Assembly: GCA_964558645.1 (NCBI GenBank)
Contig: CAZLEV010000025.1
Location: 1 to 39,438 of the forward strand
Reading direction: 5' to 3'
Source of the DNA: an uncultured archaeon
GTDB lineage: Archaea; Asgardarchaeota; Thorarchaeia; Thorarchaeales; Thorarchaeaceae
Length of the DNA stretch: 39,438 nt
The first letter of the stretch is position 1. Every line of letters begins with the position of its first letter. The translations under genes were made by a program, and so were the position numbers. Below the pieces are notes generated by a model. That model saw only the letters and a program-made list of their open reading frames with translations, was not told where the DNA came from and searched no databases. Positions 15,001 through 27,000 of this stretch are shown here, piece after piece.

Positions 15001-18000
15001 GTAGACCAGCCGTGGCAGGTGGGTCCCACGACCAGTAGCCTGTCTCTGGAGAGGCGTCACTGTCCCTCGCATATACCCGCCAGTAGAGCGTCATGCCGCA
15101 GTGGGCTATCCACTCCGAGTACGGTATAGAATGGCGATACACATCAGGGAGGCTGCCAGGAAACGGTCGCGCCATCTGGTACTCATTCCAGTCGCCAGAG
15201 CCGTACCGGTACTGCACCTTGACCCAGTCGATGCCAGAGCTATCCGTCACGGTGATCGTCAGGTTGTAGTGGCCTGTGTCCCATTCGTCATAGTCACCAC
15301 TGGTCACCGGGCTGCTGAAGGTTGGTGCTGTGATGTCATCGTCCTCCACGAGGAAGGTATACTCACTGGAGGTCCGGGTCATGCTATCACCGACGCGGTC
15401 ATTATCACCATCAGTGACTGTCACAACGAAGTGGCAGTACTTGCCCTCTGTGCCATCGGGCGGGGTGATGGAGTAGTAGAGATATCCCTCACCGCCATGG
15501 TACGACATCGAGTCTGTGGTGTTCGGTCCTCCATCGTACCAGTAGGTGATGGTTCCAGAGGCGATACCAGAGGCGTCAGTGGAGTAGACCCTGATCGTAT
15601 TCAGTGTCTGCTCCTTCTTGGGGTCGTCGTATTGAACATCTGTGATATCTGGAGGGGAGTCATCATCATCCAGCAGGAAGAAGTGGTACTGCACCCAGCC
15701 GGTACTTGCAGGCGCCTGGTCGTCATCTGTGAGTCTGACACGCCAATAGACCTGTGAGGGAACTCTGGAGGCCAGCCAGGTGCCTGGTATCTCCCAGGTG
15801 ATGTTGTAGGTCTCTCCCGCGACCAGTTCAGTGATGATCGGGGCATCCGCCTCGGTGTAGTCCTCACCTGATACCCAGTACTGCATTCTGGCCTCGCTGA
15901 ACCCGCTGACCTCGTAGACCAGCACTGAGACGGTGATGTTGGTCATCTGACCACCTTGAGAGTAGTCCCCGTCCATGATGGAGGCACCAGTGGTGGGCCA
16001 GTAGCCCTGGACAGATGGTGCCGAGGTGTCCGCATCGATGATTGTGGTCAGCGGGTCGACCTCCAGAACGGTAGTGAGTGGGGTGTTGTCGCTATCCGTG
16101 GCACTCACCCTGAAGTAGAGGCTGAGCTCCTGTCCATTCTCGGTTATTTTTGCCGACCAGACCGCATAGGGGATGTCGTAGTACCACGTGGTACCGTCCC
16201 CCTGTACTCCGTCATGGACTCCATTCACCGAGTAGGACTCTGTTCCGAACCTGTACTCAAAGGTGATGGTCCCACCGGTGAGTTCATCGTCTGTGATGTC
16301 AGCCATCAACCTGATTGGCTGGACGACATCGTCATACACCTCGTAGTTCGGGTCTGACCGTCCATTCTCGATCACGGGAGCTGTGGTATCATCGTCGGCT
16401 ATAGTGATATACTTGGTCTCGGTGGTCAGGAGCCTGTCCACTGTACCACGGTCCAGGTCACTGTCGTACACTCTGAAGATGACGCGCAGAGTCCTACCCT
16501 CATCATCCTCTGACCAGTGGGTCTCGGAGATCGTGATACTCCACGAGTCCTGAGTGATGGTGCACGAGTCGCAGTTGTACTCAGTGCCAGGGTCGTCATC
16601 CCAACACCATGTGATGCTGGAGAGCCCGGTGTCGATACCACTGGCATCGCTCAGCACACCGCTGTCAGAGAGGTCCTGGTCGTGGGTCGGCGTGGCGGGG
16701 TTCCACCCCGTGATGGATGGAGATGCCGTATCGTCATCACTCACAACGACATTGTAGACAAAGGCTGTGCTGGACTCAGGGCTGTTATCCTGGTCCACCA
16801 CGTAGATGTCAAAGTCCAGTGTCTCACTGCAGTCACTCGTCCACTCGATGGGAAGCCAGTATTCCCAGTATGAACGATAGCCCGACTGCGGAGCAGCTGC
16901 CTGCATATCTACAGTACCGCTGGTCCCTCCCGCCCACTCATAGGAGAGCTGGGGTGTGCTGATGGCACTGGCATCGACCACTTCGCAGTAGATTCTGAGA
17001 CGGCCGTGGGTTGCACCATCGTCCACACGACTGGAATCGCCGTCGGAGATCGTCTCATCTGTCTGAATATTGAGGTTCTCAATGGACGGGGCATCGGGGT
17101 CGTCGTCGCTGACATAGATCGAATACCAGTCTCCTGAGTTGTCCCACGTATGACCCCCGTACTCAGAGGTGTTGAACCTGTAATAGAGATACTCACTCTC
17201 CCACTCTGGAGAGATCGTCAGCCAGAAGCTCCAGCGTCCGCTCTCGTCCCCCAGATCCGTGAAGGAGTCATAGTTGTTGATGTAGATGGTTCCCCCTGAG
17301 CCCACCCTCCATGCCATTGACAGAGCAGCTGAGCCGAACATCCAGTCGACCTCTGCCCAGAACTTGCATACTGTGTCTGCCTGAGCCTCTTGGACAGGCT
17401 GACCAGCGTCGTCAGTGACCCACTGGCTATCAAGAGCAGGTCTGCGGATGTAGTGCCCGTCATAGTTCCTGTAGAAGAGATACTTGGAGAGGTATCGAGC
17501 ATCCGAGTAGACCACTGCGCCATCTGAATAACCGTTGCTCTCAAGAAGCGTCAGGGAGTCGGTGTGGCCGCTGTCAGCATTGTCCAGCGTGAGAAGGTCC
17601 CTCGGTGTCATCACCGAGTCCTTCCATGTGTAGAGCTTGACATCCCAGTCGCCACCGCTCTCAGATGCATGATTGTTCTCAACATAGCAACGGAGCGAAC
17701 TGTCAGTAGGTGCGTCTGAGTCGCTCACATCTCGCCACTGACCAACGTAATAAGACTCGGGATCGACCACGATATCAGATGCCGCGAAGGAGTCATACCA
17801 CTCCACAACAACGTCATTTGATGAGCCATAGCCCACTCCGGTGAGAGTGACTGTCCTGTAAGTCCCGGAGCCGCCTATAGACGGATTGCTACAGCCCGCA
17901 TACCAGTATTCGTCCCCTCCATGGCCAAGCCACTGCTCGTGGATGGTGTAAATCAACTTTCCCTTGACCGAGGAGTCTTCATCCCCATAGGTCGGGATGT

Positions 18001-21000
18001 AGTAGCTGTTGGGCAGGGTCCACTTCGTGTACTGAACGCTGTTGTACTCGTAGTCCGGGTCGTTCCAGTAGTGAGCTGACACTGAGGCATCAGGCCGACG
18101 ATAGAAAGTCTTGACATTGGTTGGGTTGATGTTGGTGAAAGAGGAGTCGATGCTCCCGCTTGGCCCCGCAGTGATCCACACGTCAGTAGCACCAGCATGG
18201 CTCTTGGTCTGACCGTTGGCCGTGAGCTCGGACTGGTAGTTCTGCCCGCCCACCGTCCAGTGAACATAGAGGTTCAGGTCCTGCCAGTAGGAGCCAAGGT
18301 CGTAGACCCGGCTCTCGTGGACCTGCATGTACATATCATCGGAATAGGTCTGCCAGAGGCTCCCTGAGTGATATCCAGAGTACTGACTTGAGTAGCCGTT
18401 GCCACCCTGCCGCCAGTAGACTGTTGAGTGGTAGTACTCCCAGTGACCGTCCGGGTAGATGAGGTCTGGAGGATACCATACTGACACCGTCATGGGCTTG
18501 AGAATGAGCCAGTAGGTGCCGGGGCCCAGAGAAGAGAAACTGATGGCACGCCACGAATAGCTCGTGGTCCAGTCAGCGTAGCCACTTCGCTGCACCGAGC
18601 TGCCGGGCTCTCCACCGCTATCACTCACAATCTCCCAGCGCACATTGTCCTCATTGCTGGGATAGCCAGAGGTCAGGTCGACCTTCGTGTAGACATCAAG
18701 ACGGCCAACCGTTCGGCCACTAGACACGGAGAAGGACTGCGCCCAGTATTGTGTAGTGGAACTGCCAGTGCCGCTGGACTGGTACGTACTTCCATATGAA
18801 TAGAGATTGTATTCGTTGTTCTGAGTCACAGTGCCAAAGGTCCAGGTGCTGTAGTCGTACTCAAGGGCACCATGTATGCTGAGGTGGCCGCCGTTGCTGA
18901 AAGAGCCGGGGTCGGCAGAGTACGAGCTCCAGACCTCCAGTGAGTGACCCGATGTATCGCCACTCCATGAGGCTCTGGGACCATGGTCCGGTGCCTCCGG
19001 GACATAGGAGAAGCTCATCAAGAGAAAGCCACCATCCTCGTCCCACGAGCCATCCGCAAATGAGTTCCAGTCGTACTGACTGGTATAGGGTTCTACGATG
19101 CGCATCCAGTCGAGATGCCCCTCACCCTCCTCCTTGGACCCGGCAGACAGGGTGATCTCTATGGAGACTGCATCAACGAGTTCCTGGATGTCTTCGGTCA
19201 AGACAGACCAAGTCGCTGCGTCCACTATAGTCGAAGACGACTCGCAGGTGGAGTTCGTGGCAGTGACGTTCATCTGGGAACCCATGCCCACTCGCTGGCG
19301 CCACTGGAAGATGCGGTTCCTGAGGACATCGGCCTGCTCCAGCTGTCTGCGAAGACGGATCTCCTTGCCCTTCTCTGCTCGAAGGAAGAGCACGCCATCA
19401 CCCTCAAACACCGAGTTGACCGTGGTGTCCGGTGTCAGGACCACCTCCCAGTCCGAAATGGTGTAGATGTCAAGGGTGTCCAACACGATGGACTTGTTAG
19501 CGATGACCTCGGTGTCAACCTCGGTGATCCAGAGCTCGATACCCTGAATCGTCCAATCAGCATAGCTGTCGTCCGTCATCTGCCTGTAGAGATTCGTGAA
19601 CTCGGTGGTGGCGATGGTAGGAGTGTCATGGCGCACCTCATAGAGTATCGAGGTCTGCGAGTCGGTCAGGTTGAAGTACACGGTGACATGCAGGTCGCCG
19701 GTACCCGCAAGTGACCAGCGAAGCATCTCGTATGTGCTTACATCTATGGATAGGTAGTTCAACTGCAGGTGCATGGCTTCTGCATCGGTGGTGTTGCAGT
19801 TCAGGGTGATATTGAGTTGCCCGTTATGATGGAACATGAGAGCCCTCTCCTCTGTGGAGAGGTCCTCGTCAACAATCCACGAGCCCTGACTGTCGAAGGT
19901 CTCATGGAGTGCGTAGTCCTCTGTAAAGGACCCATCCCAGAACGCGACGTTCTGAGTCTCCACCTTGCCTGACCACTCCGAGAGGATACCTGACTGACTG
20001 ATCATGATGGCCTCAGTGGCGAAGTTGAGGTCCACCGCTATCCCTGCAATCGTCTCGATGGTGGGGGCAAGATGTGAGAGGAGCTGGATGGGTGTATTCT
20101 CGGCCAGCATGAACTTGAAATGGGAGTTCGTGATGTCTGCTGTCACCGTTGTGCCTGTCAGCCCCCTGACCCCGAACCCGCGGTGGCTGTCATACATTGC
20201 TGCATAGGCGGGTCGCGACTGAAGGGTATCAGTCATGTTGGGACCCGCGTGGGTCACTGCGTAGTTGTCGGAGTAGGTGACGGCCCTCTCCTCCAGACTG
20301 AACACCATGTCTGAGGAGTTGGTTGAGAGGGTGACCCTCCCGAAGGCATCGATGATCACGACCACAGACTGTGTGCCGCTAAGTGAGGTACGCTTGACGA
20401 CCAGGCGCCGGTCGGTCATTTCGAGAATATCAGTGGTGTAGTGGGAGAGGTAGTTGCCCTCAGGTTCGGTGAGGTCCACCTGGGCATGACCCCACGCAAG
20501 CAGCGGCCCGCACTGAGGCATGGTGTAGGATCTCATGTCGTCGTATCCGCTCACTGAAACGTCCCGTCTATCCGAGAGGGGCGTGGGATCAACTGAAAGA
20601 GCAAGGGTCGAGATGTTCACTGAACCAGCCATGTCGAATACGAGGGCCAAGGACATGGTGACATTGACACCTGCGGGGATCTCGTAGACGGTCTGGTCAG
20701 CATTCAGGGCGATAGTATAGTTGCCATGAGCTGTGATGAACTGCATGGACACGTTTGTGCCATCGCCAAGAGCATGGTCGAGATGGAGATAGTTCAATAC
20801 GCGGGTGTCCGCCATGAGATCGAACAACGGGACAGTACCCTCACCGGTGACCTGCAGCTCTCCGCCAGTGATGTTAGCGGTGTACCCACCATGCTCCCGG
20901 TAGAGCACTTGCCTGTCGAAGGCGAGCATCACGTCGTTGCATGTGGAGACATCTACGTAGGCAATCTGCATCGTGTTGTTGGTCTCGAAGGTCATGCTCT

Positions 21001-24000
21001 CGATGAACTGGATACTCATGGGAGCCTCAAACACTGCGAACTCGGTGCTGGTCGGGAGTTCAAGCACCTGAGTACCGCCCAGACCTGCCAGTTCTAGGGT
21101 GACAGGGTCCTGTATTGTGTCTGTCTTGTACAGTATCTGCAACGTGGAGCCGATGGTGCCCGCGAGGTGTGTGTCTATCACGGTACGACCCGTCAGCTCG
21201 ATGTGATTGGTATGGTTCACGACTGCGTAGGTGGAGTTCGATACACTGGCAGAGAGTAGCCTGTGGTCCAGCAGGTAACCGTCATCGGCCAGTTGCGGCT
21301 GGCTCCCGGTGCTGACCCAGTCAAGGATGAAACTGCTGTTGGCCTCTGAAGAAACAGCCACGAATGTGAGATTGCTAACCGTTCCTGCGGGCAGCTCGAT
21401 GAGGTCAAGACCAGAGACGTCGGCAAGCAGCAACTGGTCCCCGTCGTAGAGGGAGAGAGTGCAGTTGGTCGTGTACGAGGATATACCCAGATATGGCGCT
21501 GAGATGTTGACGTTTCCGATGGTGATGCCGTACGAGGCAGGGTCCTGAGAGGGATAAATCTCCACATGGCCAGAGTCCTGAGCAATAGTTGCGTTGTGTG
21601 TGATCAGTCCCTCGTCGGTGGAGAAGTCGGCACCGTAGTGCCCTGCGACTCTCCCGAAGTCTGAATTGGGAATCATCAAGAGTGGTGTTCTGTCGCCCAG
21701 ACTGTAGCCCACATCCACACTGAAGTCATCAGAGCTGTACGAAGAGCCACCAATGGATGACTGTGTCCCCCAGAGGTCCCTGAAACCTCCATCTGTGCCA
21801 GTCAGCACGTAGAGCGTGAAATCCATGAGGCTGTACTCGTTGTCTGGACCTATTGCAGTTGGCTCAAGGACGGTGACAAGGCCCTGTCCAAGAGAGTAGC
21901 TGGCCTCGCCAGCCCGCCCTCCAATGGCCGAGGACCAGATCTTGTTCACTGCTGGATGGGTGATGTCTACTCCATAGGGATTGTCGAAGACCGGGTAGCC
22001 GTGTCTCTGTATATAGAAATCATCCTGATTTACGTCCCATGCATGCATGAGGATATCGGACTCCATGAGCAGGGAGTAGCCTGCACCAATCAGTGGCATG
22101 CCAGCAGCCTCCATCAGGGTTGCGGCATAGCTTGGGGTATTGGTCTTCTCCCACTGGATGATGTTGGTCAGATGGGGGATCCAGACAGGAGCGACATCCG
22201 AGGTCTTCGAGGAGTCCACGATGGTCAACGTGTGCGGACCCTGACTGATCTCGTAGCCCAGCTCCACTGACAGTAGACGGGCATCGCCATCGGGAACATT
22301 GCCTCTATCCAAGAGGCGGACTCGGCAATACTCTCGATTATAGTCGGTCTGCGATTGTTCCGAACCACTGAGTCGAATCCTGTCAGCGACGAGATAGCCG
22401 TCGAGGTAGACATCGACAGTGTGAGCCCGGGTGACATTCTCTGCCCCGATGATGGGGAGCAGGAAGGTCTGGTAGCCGGTACCTGCATTATGGGTATAGG
22501 TGACTGCCAGTGATGGGCTCTCGCCCGAGCCTAGCTGCATGAGGGTGCTCTGAGCAGTCCTCTTGTTCTGATATGTTGCTACTGACTCGTCTCCGGAGAG
22601 GTCATAGTAACGTGGCTCCAGCAGGTGCGCAAACGAGCCGGGTAGAACCCCCATCTCTGCCAGCTCGAAGGTGGGTACGACCCGTGCTTTGTAGAGGCAC
22701 TCATCCAGTGCTGTGGTGCCGGCTGTGACTAGCTGGTTTCCCTCGCGTACCCATTCGGCTAGGAGGGAATGGGTCTTCGACTGTCCGACCATGAGCAGCT
22801 CGTAGGGTACGTGGTCTTCCATGAGCACCAGAACAGCCCGTTCGCTCATAGTGACAGTCTCCACGAGCTTCCTAGCACCGATGGCCTCGGCATTCTTATA
22901 GCCAAGAATCTGTAGACCTGCAACAAGGAGCTGAGCGGTCGTACTGTCACCATAGACTAGCACCCTAGAGTCCTTAGGAGAGGTCTCAGGAACGGTGGAG
23001 TACATGGGTCCATACTTCTCCTCGTAGACTCTGTGGCCCACATGAAGGGTGTGGGTGGAGAGGTCGTAATAGGTCCCACAGACGTAGACCTCCTCCTCGA
23101 AGAGTTCTGGATGGAATACCGCCCACGACTCCAGATAGTCCATGCCAGCCTCCAAGACTTGGTCAAGAGACGAGTCATGCCCGTAGTCAGAAGTATAGAA
23201 GCTGGACCGTCGGTGCCAGCCATAGAGGTTTCTGTCGGTGTAGTGAAAGGTCATGCTGAGGGTGTACCCCGCAAGGTTGCTGCTACCGATATTCAACACA
23301 ATCCCTGATACATGATCTTCTTTGATTCCCGTGCCTGTATAGAGGACCGGCATGGGGCCATCAGCAATGACTCGCACAGTGACCTCGCTGTCAGGGGAAA
23401 CTGTGACCACTTGCGGGAGGTCGAATGTGAGAAGGCCAGATGCAAAGGCTCGGGTCGTTGCAGAAACAGTCGAACCTGATGCCTCGATGGTGAGGGTGAG
23501 GTCAACGGGTTCCTTGATACTCGCAAGCTGGATAGAGATCTTATCGATGCTAAGAGCCGTCCCTACATGCAGGCGCTGAGCGATAAGTCCTGACAACAGA
23601 TCCGGGTTGAGAACGCCAGTACGATCACTCCCAAGCGTGATCACATCACTACTCTCATCTGCAGGTTCATTGACCCACTCGCGGATGTGGAACGGCGGGT
23701 AGTCCCAATCATAACAGAGGGCACCCTGATAGTACTCATCCAGAGCGAGGGTTGACAGAATCATCTCCTTCAGTTCCTTTGATGGTATGTCGGAGGTCAG
23801 CATCGCCTCAAGCCAGCCGAGTGGAACAGAGTAGGCTGTGCTCCCTGTTTTCTGTGTGATTGTCGTGGAATTGGTAGAGAACTCCGGATATCTTTGTACC
23901 CATTCCATTGCCAAACCGACATCGATATCCGATATTAACGGGCCGGGGTCGATAGTGAGAAGTCTGACCAGCCTTTCCAGAAGCCAAGGGTGCGCATCAA

Positions 24001-27000
24001 GCTGAAGTCCAACCAATGCGGCTATTCTATCTGCTAGGGAATCGACTCTTGGGCCTCTCGGATACCCTGGAGTCAGTCTTCCCTCTTTATGTAATTGAGA
24101 GGCTTCATCGAGGATGGCTTCTACCTGCCTATGAGTAACATCCACTTCAGCTGCATGAAGGAGTAAGTCAATAGCCTTCAAAGAACATTTCCGCATATAA
24201 GCAACATAGTTCGCTTCCTTCCCGTGGCCGGAATCCACCACGTACTTCGCAGCCTTGGCGTGTTTGTTTACCAACAGAGCCAAGCGCTCGGCAACATCTA
24301 GCCAAGGAGTTTCGAATGCCCTTGGTGAAGATGCTGATATGAAGAACTCGTTGTTCGAGTAATCGATACTTCCGCATACAACTTGCGAATAAGTGTTGGC
24401 CCCAGTGAGATCCATACGCCTTTCTATGCCAGGCGTAGTGCTCCCAGTGGTCTTGGATAGAGTCTTCACAATCAGACTACGCCCGGTCCTTTGGTCAAAG
24501 ATGAGGGCCATGGCATCACTTGGTACATTTGCATCGATGTATGATGCTCCCTGTGGTGCGTCCATGAGGATTTGGATTGTGCTGTCAATGTCTGCCATAT
24601 CAGTACTGCGCAATGCCGCGAGAACTGCAAATCTATACAAAAAAGCATTGCCAATCGAACCTCGGCGTTTGCGGAGGTTCCATCCACGTAGCTTCTCAAG
24701 ATACACCTTCACTGTTTCGCCAACATCTACGGTATCGAGGTAAAATGCACTGAGGCTCTCGAAGTGCGCACCCAAACACCCGGATAGAGCATATGAAGGC
24801 ATGAAAACCATTCTGTCAACCCAGTTGGACAGTCCAGCAACCGTTAAGCGTACCTCCTTCCTACCAGGTTTCGGTTTGTAGTATCTATTCCCCTTTGGCA
24901 CCCGGTCAAGGAGAGGATGATGACCTTCTGGACCATGATTTCCAGCGATGTCACTGAGGTCTTGAATTAGACTTGCTATCTCTTTGTTCACACCCTCGAC
25001 CCTTTCAGGATTCGAGTCGATGTCGAGTTCTTGCAGTGACTCTATTCGTGTCCGGAGATCAGTCAGGATGCTTAGTACTGAATACCCAACCCATTCGCCA
25101 TTCTCCTCGTTCCATGTTCCTCTCCAGAACGCATCGTGTCCAGCAGTCTGGAAGGTAATCTCTTCTTTGGTGTTTCCATGGATGAGCCCAGTGTGGACAG
25201 TACCCCCACATCTTATCACATCGATGAGGCGGTCAAGCCAGGGTGGGACGTCTGGTGTAGCCAACGCTACGTTGCCGTAAGCGAGGTTACGGTCTGAGCC
25301 TTGGAACACTAGTGTCCCATCTATCTCTAGCCGAATGAGTTTACCTTGTTCCTTTCCGCCCTTGTAGACGACTCTCGCTGGTTTGGTTCCATCCCTGAAT
25401 AAGAGCGAACCAGCTACCGGCAGTTCTTTCATGAATACATCGGAGAACTTGCTAGTTCTCGATCCAGCCTGTGACTCCAGTGGACCTCTTACTACAACAA
25501 AGGAACCATCAACTACTGGGTTAATCTCACCACTGTGCAATTCTTGCACGATTCTAAACTCGGCTGGTTCATTCTCTCCCCAACCCCATCTAGCATATCC
25601 CTTTTCCGCCTCGGCCAGTCTCCTTGCTCGTGTTTTCGTTTCGTCTGATTTGACATAGGAGCTGTAATGAGGAAGAACGTTGGTGCGTGCGTGTACATCA
25701 CCCGAAACAAATAGGTCACGCATAGTGTGTCCAGGTTTTCGCCTCTTTTCTGAGCCGGGTCCAGACCCGAGAATAAGAGAAGTTTGTACGTGTAGCGTGT
25801 TTCCATCGAAGTAATAGAAGTCCCCCCATTGTTCTTCCATAGGGTGCTTGGTTTCTACAACTGCCGCCGGCTCTTGATTATGCGACCAAGCAACAAGCAT
25901 CGTGCGCAAAACTGTGTCTACTTCCCTCTCTGAGAGTGGCTGAGCTTCTGAGAGAACTCGTCCCTTCATGTAATAGGGAATCTCTGTCGTAGAGATGTAT
26001 TGGTCACCGTCAGGGCTAGCCAATACTGCAGCCTCAAAGAAGCCTTCAGGGTCCAACTGGATACATCCTGCGTCGTCAGGTTCTTTATCTAGGATTCTTT
26101 GGGCAACAGCGGCATGGTAAAGCTTTCTTAGACTCTCATGAGCAAGAACCTCGGTCTGCGGGCGACCGAGAAGAGCATAGAGAGCTTCCCCAAGGAATCT
26201 GACAGGTTTCTGATGAAGCTCTATCGAGCCATCACCCCAAGAGCCAATAAAGGCAATAGGGGGAATAGGCTGATCATACTTAGTCCCCAACAGAGGACCG
26301 GAACTCTCGAAGTGTGTAGTGATATGAGATGTACCGGCTTCTCGAACCATAACTCTAAGCACCGTTCGAGCCTTCTTCGATGCTTTGAGAGTCTGATGGT
26401 GGCTTTGGACTAATGCAACGGTATCCCCTTCTTCTAAGTTCAGAGTATGTGACAAGAAGCCGAGAGAGGCAGGCTGGGCTGCCATCGTTGCATATGTTAG
26501 TATTCTGTTTCTAGTTTCTGTTTCAATACCCATCTTCTTGACAACCGCAGATACAAGACAGAGGAAGGTTTCTGCTGTTGTGCCTATCTGACCGTTTCGA
26601 CCGTATTCAATGGCAAACGGGCCTCCGCCCTTCGCCGTCGTCCTCATCCCTTCTAGTATCATGTTTGCAATAGCTATCACTGGCAGCATCTGACCATCTG
26701 TACCCATCTTCTGTTGCCAGAACTTCTCCAAGTAGTAGTAGTCAACGCCCAGTTGAATCGCGAGACGGTCAATGGCGATACGCATCACGTCGAAGCCAAG
26801 ACTCACACCATTCACCCGCTCATTGAAGGCGTTCACGATGGCTGCAGACAGCCAAGGATCTTGGATTGCCCGGGTATCCCTATGGTCGCTCACCTTAACA
26901 AAGAACTCTGCAAGGTATCTGTCATGTTCAACACCTGTTCGGGTATCAATGTCGTCACCCCAAAGAATCATCTCCGTGAGCAAGAGGGCCGACTGTGCAA

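Noticed and set aside
12940-17110. CRISPR array or DNA-level tandem repeat
   Set aside because: The recurrent GTCATCATC/GTCGTC strings are Asp codons of protein repeats 320-380 nt apart, not identical direct repeats with spacers.
26110-26150. HExxH metalloprotease motif in LAHESLRKLYH
   Set aside because: Spacing is HE-x6-H, not HExxH.
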